Origin: Hormiphora californensis
Taxonomy: Eukaryota > Animalia > Ctenophora
Assembly (NCBI GenBank): GCA_020137815.1
Contig: CM035355.1
Location: forward strand, 5,394,001-5,458,000
Direction: 5' to 3'
Length of the DNA stretch: 64,000 nucleotides
In this document: in pieces, positions 1 to 20,307 of the stretch
Numbering within the stretch: the first letter of the stretch is position 1
Layout: each line of letters begins with the position of its first letter
Notes under the pieces: model-generated
What the model saw: only the letters and a program-made list of their open reading frames with translations
Database searches by the model: none
What the model was told of the DNA's origin: nothing
Position numbers and translations under genes: made by a program

Positions 1-1
1 A

Positions 2-168
2 TATTGCAAGAACTCTATTGACGACGAAGGTGGGCCAGGTTTCCAGGGAAATGTGTATTGTTATCGCACACTGGACCTCAAGAATTGGCGTTGGTGTGTG
101 ACATTAATAATCTACTATCCAGATTACAATATGACATTTGACTCGCCATTTAAGTCACATCAACATTG
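2..168 (+). CDS. Possible 3' end of a gene with a kringle-like domain (partial at window edge)
   Basis: Frame from nt 2 reads YCKNSIDDEGGPGFQGNVYCYRTLDLKNWRWC, resembling the kringle C-terminal pattern YC-x-N...CY...W-x-x-C(DI). Removing one GT repeat unit gives WCDI. Short and in a noisy region. Confidence 0.35.
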
Positions 169-379
169 ATTTGATTATGACTTGATTAGAATTTAGTTTC
201 AGGGAACTAGCTTGATTATTCGCCAATGAGTGTCATGAGTTCTCGAAACGCTTTATATTAGTTCCGACGATTGGTCCCGATTGTTTACTGCTAGAGTGTT
301 GAGAGAAATGAGGATCATGAATTCGATACTGTTATGCTTCCTGTAGTCTCGATTAATATTCTCGTCGTCTCGGCCTATC

Positions 380-9000
<8,621 letters not shown>

Positions 9001-9359
9001 AAATATCATATCGTTACAATGAATATGCCCTCTATTTCTCTCGAGCTGATATAGAACAAACAAGTCACGCTTCCTCTCTCAGACAAATACATTTTACTAG
9101 CAACCCAGGTTTTGTTCAGTGAGTTTGAACAATACAACCCGGGTTATACAAGGCAGGCCCGCTGTTCTTACAAACTATAATTCCTGTGCTATCAGACTAC
9201 ACGGTGTACATGTACATTGTACACATGTACATTGTACACACACGGTACTACATGTACAAAAACGTACTCTCCAGATATCACCAACAAAATTTAATATACC
9301 ACCTGCACCATGTAAATGATACACAATAATATGCAGTATACCCTTTCTCTTCACCAGTC

Positions 9360-12300
9360 CTAGACGATCATCTCCAACTCCTTAGCGTACTCCAACATAT
9401 GACTAGTAACGGTTGCTATGGGAACGCACCTCTCCTCTCCCTTGTCTCCCTTGCTCTTGAACTTGAACACCTTCCCATTAACCGTCCACCCCAACTTATC
9501 AGCCAGTTGAAGGGTCTGCTCCTGGCTCTCACAGAATAGCAGTTTAGTCGCCTCGGCTATTGTGACTGAGTTATAGCTGGAGATCATACAGCTGGCTATC
9601 TGTTCCCGGATGGTGTCTAGGAGGATGTCCATGAAGAAGAGATAGCTCTCCGCTGGGACGTTGAACCTGGAGGGAGGGGGAGTGTTTTTAGGACATTGAA
9701 CCTGGGGGAAGGGGGAGTGTTTTAGGACTGGAGAAAGGAAAGGATGGAATATATCTGGGGATTCAGAAAGGGGTTTTGAAGATTTTCATATTATGTATAT
9801 CCAAGCACAGTCGTATTTAGAGACAACCAACTGCCCTTTGAGATAGACACGCGTACCGCGAACCACCGGCTTGTTTAACTTGTAAGAAAATACAGGAGTT
9901 GCTGAGAAAGCATTCCATGGAAAATACTACGCAGCATAAAATGTCAGGGATTAAAATAACCGAGAAAATTTAGTGGGTGTCCCTGAGTTAGTGCCACACA
10001 CGACAGGAAACTTACTACAAATAAAAAGAAAGGGTTTGGATATGAAACTTACTACAAATAAAAAGGAAGGATATACTAAATATACCGGATCCCCTAACAA
10101 CCCTTACAGCCCATCCAGAGTTTCATGTAACGTGTAAAAAACACCCAAAACCCCAGTACAAGAAGACATCAGAAATGACCTTAACCAATAACCTCAACTC
10201 CTCTGGTACTAACCTGGCCAGGAAGACCTTGTTGTAGCTACCCTCCATCAGGTACTGCTCCAGGGCAATGGGGTGCTTGATGTAGATGTTGGTGTGGATC
10301 TCACTACCGGGTAGTAGTTCCAGCTCTGTGTGGAACTCCGCAACTCGGTTCTGGGATTGAGGGAATTATATATTGAGATTAGAATCTACGTCATTAATCA
10401 GGGCAAAAAGGATTATATTGCGGATTATGAGAAGGGATTGATGAAACACTTGACGAAGTGAAAAAATAGGAAAAAAGGAAAGAAATTATAACGGGGCTGG
10501 GAGAAGTAGGAAAAATGGAAACACTATGTAGCATTGTGTGGGTGCTAGGCTGGCATGGGGGACTGGGCTCCACCCTGGTGGTCCCAGTATAAATACAGCA
10601 CTGCAATTCAGCCGCGGGTTACAGAGAGAGAGATGGTAAACAGTGTCGGAAATAAGAGGAAGAGAGAGATAGAGAGGGACGAAGAGAGAGATAGGCCGGA
10701 AGGAGATGTATGGTTTCTGTCGCGTATAATATACACAGTCGGACCTCGATTTACCGGACAAAACGGTCCGGCAAAACCCTTTCCTCCGAGTATCCCGGTA
10801 AATCGGGGTCCGACTATTATAATACCCGCGGTCACGGCGGGTATTACAGCAATTTCTATACTTTATGCAGATGCGGATTGTATACTAATGCATGTTGTAG
10901 TCTCGACTTTCAAAGGAACCCGGCCGGGTCATTAGTCAAAACAAGGTCATTACGCACGGTAAACCTGACTTCCGACACGAGCTTCCAAACCAAATTTACA
11001 AAATATAATTTAACCCATGGTAGCAACTCAATTTGCACACGATTACTGAGATAACGTGTACAAGACACATGGCCATGTTGTGTGGTTGACTTGCTCTGCC
11101 GAACCCTCACAGCAGGAACCGACCGAATCAGGAAATACTGGTCCCTGATTGGCTGATAACCAGTCACGTGACCTAAATAACGAGTTCTGATTGGTTGTTG
11201 ACTTGCTCTGCCCTCACAGAAGGTGCTCGCTTTATGAAACAAAATACAGTGTGAGGTACACAATGGTTGGTTAATGAGAGCGGTGGGTACTATTGGCACA
11301 CAATGGTTGACACATGTTTTGTGGGTGGTCGGGAGGATGGGCAGTGTGGGTTAGTGTACCCAATAGAGCTACACAATGGTTGATATATATGTTTTGTGGG
11401 GATGTACCTGGGAAAGCAAACAGAGAAGGTTGAGCCCCAGTAGTTGGTAGGTAAACGGTGATTCAGCGAGGGAGCCACTGAAGTCAAAGTAGTAGCACTT
11501 TAGTTGTGCCATGTACCTGAAAAATAACAGTGTTTTTTGTCCCATGTTATAGCTGGGTGGGGGGGGTTTGTTTAGAATCTCTGATTGAGCACTGTTTGGC
11601 GGCGCCAGACCCCAATTTGATTTTTAAATGGCTCAGATGGGGTCTGCGGTGCCAGACAGATCGAGCAGAACTACAGGGTGTCCCACTGTCTTTGCGTGAC
11701 CTGTGATTTTGGGTGATGAGTGGGTTCCATTCAAATGCTCATAACTCATCGAAAAATAGGTCAAAACGGCTCAACCAAAAACAGTGTTGTAGAGAATTGT
11801 CAGGCCAACATTTAGGTACAAGATTGATGTTCCAAGTCTTACCAACCGTCAGATATATCGTCTTAAAGTCAAAAATACGTGTTCATGAAATCCGACCGGG
11901 GTTCACGTTTTGAAGAATTCACAAATGCAAAGTTGCTCGGATCACATTGCATCCCTCATAAGAGTTGTAGGAAATTGTCTGGCGGTCATTTTGGTACCCG
12001 GGTTTTTGTCCTAGCTCAATGTTTAGAGTGTCTTATGACTGTCAGAACTGGAATTTTCACAAAAGTGGTCTCAGGTATCGCATTACATTTTGCCCTGTTA
12101 TGAAGCTCATAGCTGCTTGAATAACATCTTAGTGCATGATAGGGTTGAGATAGACCACTTGCGTATCCTACACATTAACTAGGGGCCTTGCCAAATCGTC
12201 ATAACAACCCTGTTAAGGGTCTAGATGAAATTGAGTCGATATTTGCTGATTATCATGGGATTACACACGACACCGAGCCACCTAATTAGGCGTTGTGAGC

Positions 12301-13865
12301 CGATACCAACTAAGACTCAGCGTAGAAAAATCTTTATGTTCCTACAGTCATAACGCAACTTAAACGTAGAGCTATGGAAAAAATCATGGTATCAAAATGA
12401 ACCTTAGACGATTCCAATGAAGCTCATATAAATTTCAAATCATTTAACCCATTTGTTGATGACACGTGATCCCCTCAAAAATGTTGGTTGAATTTCGTCT
12501 TTAGACAGTCATAAGACACTCTAAACATTGAGCTAGGACAAAAACCCGGGTATCAAAATGACCGCCAGACAATTTCCTACAACTCTTATGAGGGATGCAA
12601 TGTGATCCGAGCAACTTTGCATTTGTGAATTTTTCAAAACGTGAACCCCGGTCGGATTTCATAATCACGTACTTGTGACTTTACGACGATATATCTGACG
12701 ATTGGTAAGACTTGGAACATCAATCTTGTACCCAAATGTGCGCCTGACAATTCTCTACAACACTGTTTTTGGTTGAGCCGTTTTGACCTATTTTTCGATG
12801 AGTTATAAGCATTTGAATGGAACCCACTCATCACCCAAAATCACAGGTCACGCAAAGACAGTGGGACACCCTGTATAAGTGGTGGGAGGAGAAGAACTAT
12901 GGGAGGGAAGAATTCCTGGAAACGAAATAAACCAGGGATAGTCAAAAATGCGTTATAGAGGGGTTAACTGGTAAAGGAAATGGAGAATGAATCCGTTGGA
13001 ATTTAAAGTGCTTTCACCAAGGCTTTTTATTCCGAGAATAAAGAATTCATTCATTTTCGGAGAACAAAAACCATCTCCCTCTCACCCCCTCTCTCTGTCA
13101 GTGTTGCAGAATCATTCAACATCAGCTGCAGAGAGTTCAGCAATCCCCTTGTTTTGTTCGCGGGGAGGGAGGGTCGAACAACAATCTCCATTGAGTGGGG
13201 GCCTCTGTTTGACAAAGGAAACAAAGGGGGAAACAAAGCACCCCTCCATGTCTACTCTACTCCGTAATTAGAAACAGCTCAAAGCCACTCCTCTGAAATT
13301 ATAATACTATCCCCGTGCTTCCAGCTTCCCGTCAATCTCAAAGCATCTCCACAAGCTTAGAACGATTTCACCACCCCGCACGGAGGGTAACAGTCGCGAA
13401 TGGGTTCCCCCAGGCACCCCTAAGAAGAAGAAGAAGAAGAAGAACAACAAGAAGGTTAGAACGAACCTCTCGAAAGAAGCAATGTCCCTGCTAAGAATGC
13501 TCCACTGAGCACCCAGCTCGAGGATATCACGGGCCACTATCAGCTCAGGTGTGGTGGCAGAGGTGTTGGAGGTAGGGAGGAATGAGAGCTGGGTAAGGAG
13601 GACCTTCAACTCAGCCAGGTACCCTGCAAAGAATAATTAAATTAATTAGTTAATTAACTAACATTTTCCGGAGGTAAGAGTATGGTTATCTAGTGCGAGA
13701 GAGGGTAGCATAACATACTGCCTCAACAAGAAGTTGACATGTAATATAGTTTTACAAAAAAATTTTAAATTTACCTCCACATTTCTTGAGATCACATGGT
13801 CTCTTGCCCCATTCTGTCTTCAGCTTCTTGTAGATCTCAACGGTCTCCTGAAGTTTGTTGGCCAT
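9360..13865 (-). CDS. PSMD8: 26S proteasome non-ATPase regulatory subunit 8 (RPN12), 5 exons
   Basis: Exons 13865-13775, 13623-13467, 11516-11408, 10350-10214, 9666-9360 (GT-AG) splice to [19 protein letters not shown]...[13 protein letters not shown]...[14 protein letters not shown]...[25 protein letters not shown]...[15 protein letters not shown]...YAKELEMIV, which are diagnostic RPN12 motifs. Confidence 0.97.
10736..10815. mobile_element. Short internally deleted copy of the CAGTCGGACCCCGATTTACCGG MITE family
   Basis: CAGTCGGACCTCGATTTACCGG...CCGGTAAATCGGGGTCCGACT inverted ends. Same family as 39946-40117. Confidence 0.75.
11113..11198. repeat. Interspersed repeat (CAGGAACCGACCGAATCAGGAAATACTGG...) flanked by a roughly 25-bp direct repeat
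   Basis: Flanked on both sides by GTTGACTTGCTCTGCC(GAAC)CTCACAG-like sequence. Its minus strand translates to [28 protein letters not shown], a repeat-derived peptide I recall from Pleurobrachia gene models. Confidence 0.65.
11674..12873. mobile_element. Non-autonomous Tc1/mariner element with about 370-bp TIRs inside PSMD8 intron 2
   Basis: TA|CAGGGTGTCCCACTGTCTTTGCGTGACC...GGTCACGCAAAGACAGTGGGACACCCTG|TA. TIRs about 11674-12043 and 12504-12873, nearly identical (explains mirror ORFs 11713+ and 12834-). Confidence 0.92.
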
Positions 13866-14106
13866 GATCCTTGCTAAAAAATTATAGATTGAGTTAAAAA
13901 AAGATATCAAGCGTAATATTTGGGCCTGTGAAGTCATGTGAGCATAAAATCCACTCGGTGTTACAGTTTGAGTTAGAGCCCTGAAGACAGAAAATTGGTC
14001 AAGCAAGTATTTTTGGAGTTCATGTAATAATATCGCAATAGATGGTAAAATAGTGCTAAAAATAATTAAAAATTAACAAATATATAAAAATTCAAAACTC
14101 TTTGTT

Positions 14107-17100
14107 TTATGTCTGTCGTTGACGGGAGTTGTACATTTTCTTTTTCGTCACAGGATCGGTCGAACTTCGGCAGTGTTTTAGAAGTAGGGAGTTAACCGTC
14201 TGCCCAGGCCCTATCAAATCCTGGCAGAAGTGTGTTAGTAGAATGATTTTTATCACAAAAACACCCACTTGAATGCTTGAACTGATTGAACCATTCGTAC
14301 GCTGATTTAATTAAGCCATGATGAAGGGGTCGCTAGGGGGGTTGCTAGGCGGGAGGTTGCTAGGGGGTAACTAAGGAGGTAAGTTACCTCAGGTAACACA
14401 CACGCACCTGGAGATAGGGTGTAATGTCGTCTTGGTGCCACTTCTCTTGACGGTTAAACAGGTAGTTAAACCGGGAGGCTGGATCCACTGGAAGATCTGA
14501 TACTGGAGAGGAAACAAATTAGGTTTTTACAACTTTTTAAACAAATTCTCAACACCCCCCCCCATCCGGAGTTTCAGAGGGCTAAAAGTCGCAGCAAGTT
14601 CACCAAAACTTACGGGGCAGGTAGGAGACTGTACAGGGTGTTTTGTTGCGAGATACCAGGGCAATTCCTTGAAGGTGATCCTCCCTAGGTGTCATACCCT
14701 CTGGGAGTGCGTCATTCCAGACCTCCATAAACTGGTGAGGGTGGTGGGTGTTAGAGAGGAGGTAATATGCGTGTTTTAAAGGGGAGGTTAACCTTAAGGA
14801 GGTAAGATGCGTGTTAGGAGGCGAGGTAGGGAGGTTTTGAAATAATGGCCTCTGATTGGTCTATAATTTAAAATACTGGCCTCTGATTGGCCTGGATTTT
14901 GAAATGCTGGCCTCTGATTGGCCTATAATTTGAAATGCTGGCCCCTGATTGGTACTCACTTCATTCAAATGGAACATCCCCGCACTACTTGATAAAATGT
15001 ATTCTGCATAGAAACTGCACACCTTGTCTTCTGATAGCTTGATATACACCTCTGAATCTGACTCTTCAACCTAGGAAATTATGTTGGTTAGTGAAACAAA
15101 GGAGAACTTTCACAATTTAAATTTGACTTCTTCCAGTATCTCGCTCCAGCCCCCTTCCCACTCTTTCTATCAAGGGAGGGTAAAACAAGGGAGGGAGAAA
15201 CAAGGGGCTATAATAATACCTGTGAGCCATAGAGCCGTAAGCTCAGCTCTGAAACAAAGAGTGGTTGTAGCTCCTCCAGTGTTCTACAACACTCAATCAG
15301 TGGTACACGTTCCCAACTCCATTCCTTTTCCACTAGCAGCATGAGAACCCTGAAAAGGGGTTGGTGAATCTTTCTGATCTAGAGGGGGCTGGGGCAACCA
15401 ATAATCATACATGGTCTAATGTCATACATGGTCTCATGTCCTAGACATGACTGAGGTCAGGTACTCGCTCCCTTACCTAGACATGACGGAGGTCAGGTAC
15501 TCGCTCTCCACTGTCCTCCAATACCCATCGAGTTCAACAGATCCAATATCATCCAGTCCTGATCGTATCTCCTGAGAACAAAGGTTGCTATGGGGATGAA
15601 ATGTCAGGTAAACCTCAATTTACCAGACTCCTCGCTGGGGGAAGAATTTTAGCACGGTTCATCGAGGTTCCGGTAAATCGAGGTTTATCTGAATGTCTTT
15701 TTCTCAATGTGCAAACATCAGCTGTAACTTAATATTGTTTAAAGCTGGTTTTTCTGCAGAGATAAACCGTGAATATAATGTGATTTAGGCCGATAATTAT
15801 CAAAGTTGTATACTCACTTTCTCCGATGCCTGAATTAATCCCAACAAATCAGCAGTGTTTAGTTTCCCCTCGATAGTCCCTTCAAATTCCTCCCCTCTAA
15901 AGGCTGACCTGGAATATATGTGGATGTTGAACTGCAATAAATATCATCAATTTAATGATTAATGCTTTTGTATTGCGGGAGTGGGGCATATATTTTACCA
16001 GAATTTACCTTTTTAGAAGATTTCTCATTTTGTCTAACTTCGCCCGACACAATTTTAACTGAAAAGTAGAAGGTGTAAGGGAAAATTTTAAAAGTCAAGA
16101 CATCAAGAAACGGATTCCAATTTGTGTTCCCATGGCTACAAAAGTTGAAAAAAAGTCAGTGGAACACACTTTAACACGAATACACCTTTTTTCGTATTCT
16201 GTTTTTAATGCAATGATTCCCCAATGATTATATTGAGTTCTCTCAGAAGAGCCCCCATTTCTCGTTGAATACGCAAAGCATTGTCTTTATGCTAAGTAGT
16301 GACTTCCTTATCTCTTATATCTCATTCGTTATGGTGTTAATATGCGCTATAAATAGCCTCTCAGCTGCATCTCGGTAGTTTGATCACAATCTCAAGTGGT
16401 GCCTTTGTTCAGTTGAAACCCTTGCGGAGAGCACCCGGGTGAGATAGAAGTCCTACTGATCCCGAAAATCATCATGGTCATCACCATGATTATGATGGTG
16501 TTCATGGTCACTCTGACCATTGCACCGACCATTGATTTGGAGCGCTCCTTGATGATGTACTACCCTGATACAACTATAGTACGGTCCTGCAACACCCTCC
16601 TAAGCAAGATGACCATCCTCTACACCAAAAACATCTCGGAGATCGAAGCAGCCCAAATCCCACTGCCCCTTCGTACCAAGCACCCTCTACAACTGTCCCG
16701 GGGAGCAACTCCTCAAGGTGTCTGAACAAGGAATGGAGGTGTGTCCTTGTCTCGGTGGTCCCGGTGTGACTGGGGTATCTGAGTGTCTGGAGGACGAGTG
16801 TGGGTGTGCTAATGCCACCGTGGTATTCTGTCCTGGTCCTGTGAAGGGGTGCATCACCTTTGACAAAATCTGTAATGGAGTTAATGATTGTCCCGGAGGA
16901 GAGGATGAGAGGGCATGTACGGGTCTGGAGAGAATATCCGGCTGCAAGTCGACAGTGTCTTCGAGCCAAGTTACTGTGGATATAAAACACGCGGCGCTCT
17001 GTTCTGGTGGAATCCTGGACGCCCTCTCCTGTGGGGACACCTTCATCAAGCCGTGTTTAGAAGCACAAGGTCAGGAGGTTAACGAGTGTTTCGAAATGCT

Positions 17101-20100
17101 CTTGTCTTTCACAGGGATTGATCCCAGGAATTCTCGTCTATCGCACGAGTACATGGCGGCATGTAGGAGGAGTTGTGACGTGTCACCTGAGTTTTGTGGC
17201 AAGCTCGTCGGGTATAGGGAGAACTCCTTGATGGAAGCATTCTCTTATCGCTGTGACAACTTTGGACAGATAACAGTGGAAAAGGCTTGTGATGGGATCA
17301 TTGATTGTGCGGACAAGAGTGATGAGAAGTACTGCCCCGGACGGTTCTACTGCTCAAAGGAGGATGTGGAATGGTATAGCGAGGATAAGATTTGTGATGG
17401 GTACAAGGACTGCAAGAATGGCCTCGATGAATGCTCCGGCTGTTCAAGAGGGCCCTTTTCGTCGGATGATAACATCATCCAAAATTACGTCCTGTTTGTC
17501 CTCCCCTTCGTCATTGCTAGCGTGACGTTCAGTGCTAATGGGTACAACTTTTACAAGATGTATAACAATGACAAAACTAACAAACAGGCCCATCTAAAGG
17601 TTGATCGTTTCCTCAACTTTTGCCTCATTGCACACGACACCGCCATGGGTTTCTACCTCACCTTCCTGCTAGGATCCTCCCTGTGGTACAACGGCCGGTA
17701 CTGCCAGTTTGATACGGAGTGGAGAACGGGTAGGTTGTGTGAAGTCATGGGGGTTGTATTTAGTGTTTCTTGTCATGGCTCCCTCATCATAGTCCTCCTA
17801 ATGAGCATTACACGTGCATACAAGTGCTTGAGGAGCTTCTCTGAAGGGCTCCCTAAACAAGGTGTCTACATCACTAGCGCCCTTCTCATGGTACTCAATG
17901 TCTGCCACTCCGCTGCCCCACTGCTAAAGGTTGGCCTTGTTCAGGAGATATTCCGGAGTCAAATCAGGGTTCCCAACACAAACCCCTTCATGACGGATTA
18001 TAAGAACTCGAGCAATATTGATGTGATTCACCGGGCGTTCTTCGCTAACACATCGGACAATGCGGACTGGTACCAAAAGATCCAAGACCTCAAAACCATC
18101 ACAAGTACCCCCGATATTTTTGATATCCAAGATTTCTCAATTTACAGTTGGTCCCCGGTGTGTCTTCCCGATCTGTTCACCGCACCTTCATCGACCGGGC
18201 CAGCTATCGTCTACAAGATCGTTTACATCTCCGTTATTGGGCTCATCCTGCTCCTAATCGGAGTGTCCTATGCATGTATCTTGTCCTCTCTTGTAAAGCC
18301 GGTCCCAGGGCAGGAGAGCAGGGTCAAGGAAATCGGACAAAAGGCGGCAGTGATAGTCGGAGTGAAGCTGATCACTTGGTTGTTTGTAGCAGGTATCATG
18401 GTTCGTGCTATGATATCCAAGGAAATTATTTCCGCAACATGGTACGAAGTAACGGCCATATCCATTCTCCCTCTAAACAGCTGTCTCAACCCTGTATTTC
18501 ACTCTGATTTGTACAAAAAGGGCAAGAGGATGCTTACTAGGAAGGTTGCTGCTGCTGCAGCTGGTGACGCAGTCACCCCTACACTACCAGCCGTGCGAAA
18601 CGAAGCATCAACATCTGCAGCTGCTGCTGAAGTGGTGGTTGATGGCCAGGCTAGTATCCGATAAAACTGCTAAACTGGTACGCGATTTTGAAGTTGCTAA
18701 AGAACTAATGTTATGGAATTTTACTTGAAATCCAAATCATAACAAATTGTATTTCATTTTTCAGGAAAGAGGACAACAGTAATGTGACAGATGTCAACTG
18801 GATATCAGCCAAACGAAACGGACAATTATAATTGGACAATTAATTGTTTGCTAACTATTATTTGTTTGCTAACTGTTGTTTGCTAATTATTTTACACTAG
18901 AAGATTTTGAGCTGTTGATCAGATTATCGACTCTTAGACTCAAATGTATGTTTATGAAAGCCTACTTTTTAGTTGAAATGTTTGTTACTTTATTCTGTTT
19001 TTGAAACATCCTAGTTTTCATTTCCAAATCTCCCCTTTTCCTAACCAACTAACCTCATAATATGTAAAAGTGGTGGCGCTGATATGTCGAATTAGGGGCT
19101 CCCTCTCCTCCGTGGTCCTGTCCAGGCCAGGTGAGAGAAGGAGAGAGTTGGAGGTAGTACACTCCCGGAGTTCATATGTCTGGTTTGAGGTGCAGAGAAC
19201 TGCATCCTCACCTTCTTCACCTCTTAGAACTGGGGGAGAGGGGATGTGAGTGGGGTATATATCACCTCTTAGAACTGGAAGGGAAGGGGGATATGTGTGG
19301 GAGAGAGGGGCAATCTAGGGAAGATTACATTTTGTTATGTTGTACCCCTTCTTTACGCGGTGAGAGGGTTGATGGAGCCTCGAGGCAATCCCTCTTTGTC
19401 AAAATTACTTTTTGATCAGAAGCAAATATAATATCTTATTTCTTGTCAAGAAAACACCATCAAAAATGTCTCTCTTTGGGTTATTCTCCCTTAGAATTAG
19501 CTTGGGGTGGAACTATTAAATTTTGATTAAATTTATCTTTCCTTTCCCATGATATTGACACCGGAGCTGTCGGCCTATCAATATTTCTTTAAATCGTTCT
19601 AGTAGTTCCGAGTTATAACGTCAAAACTCAACAACTTGATAAATTTCTTGAAACTTTAATCGAGCCGAATTGATAACTTTCTTAAAACTTTAATCAACCT
19701 CCCCATCCCAAAACTGTCTCAACAACATAACTTCCCCAGCAACGCTAAGACACTCAACTTACTAAATTCCTTTTCCTTTTTAAACAGCTCAACCAGATCC
19801 TTGCTGAGTTCTATCAGTCGAATGTCGTGGCTGCCATAGCAACCATCAAAATGTAATACCTAACAATAGGGATCGGTTAGCAACACCGGATTAAGAATGA
19901 GAGATAAAGGGTAGATACAGAATGAGAGATAAAGGAGGGATACAGAATGAGAGATAAAGAGGGGATACAATAGTGATAATAACCTGGATATTATTAGATT
20001 CCCCAATACCAGCCTCCTCAGTACGAGCCTGCAGGGCCTCTAAATCTGGCCCTCCTCCTATCAGGACCCCATCAGTTTCCATTGAGCAGCTATCTTCATC

Positions 20101-20112
20101 CTCACCGAGCAT
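14107..20112 (-). CDS. DSCC1: Sister chromatid cohesion protein DCC1, about 11 exons
   Basis: Approximate exons 20112-19984, 19859-19763, 19229-19054, 16058-16009, 15908-15818, 15571-15477, 15349-15220, 15070-14960, 14732-14614, 14502-14408, 14221-14107. Motifs IRLIEL, LRGEEGEDAVLCTSNQTYELRECTTSNSLLL, AKLDKMRNLL, IQASEKEI, VELDGYW, FMEVWNDALPEGM, DLPVDPASRFNYLFNRQEKWHQDDITPY, LLLKHCR. Confidence 0.93.
14840..14955. repeat. Intronic tandem repeat, about 30-nt unit GGCCTCTGATTGGCCTATAATTTGAAATGCT x4
   Basis: Direct reading of the sequence. Confidence 0.85.
16474..18664 (+). CDS. Intronless rhodopsin-class GPCR with N-terminal LDLa repeats (GRL101-like, no LRR domain), nested antisense in DSCC1 intron 3; one +1 frameshift near 16660
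   Basis: LDLa-like repeats (CITFDKICNGVNDCPGGEDERAC; ACDGIIDCADKSDEKYC; ICDGYKDCKNGLDEC), hinge GPFSSDDNII, 7 hydrophobic segments, WRTGRLC, SITR, SPVCLP and TM7 ILPLNSCLNPVFH. A hydrophobic signal-like start at 16474 joins the 648-aa ORF if one base is removed at about 16660. Confidence 0.88.
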
Positions 20113-20307
20113 TGCTAAACGATAAGAGATAGTTGAAGACGATTGTGGTGTTATGAGAGATAAAGAGAAAAACTGTGTTATGTGGGTTAATGTGAAATAA
20201 ATAATTGAAATTTAAACAGAAATAAATTAAACAAAATAAATGTACACACATAGTTACAAGAATAAGTTAACCCCTAAACAAAATCTAAAAAACAATAAAT
20301 AACAAAC

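Noticed and set aside
11713-12834. Pair of near-identical 66-aa ORFs on opposite strands
   Set aside because: They are the two TIRs of a MITE, not genes.
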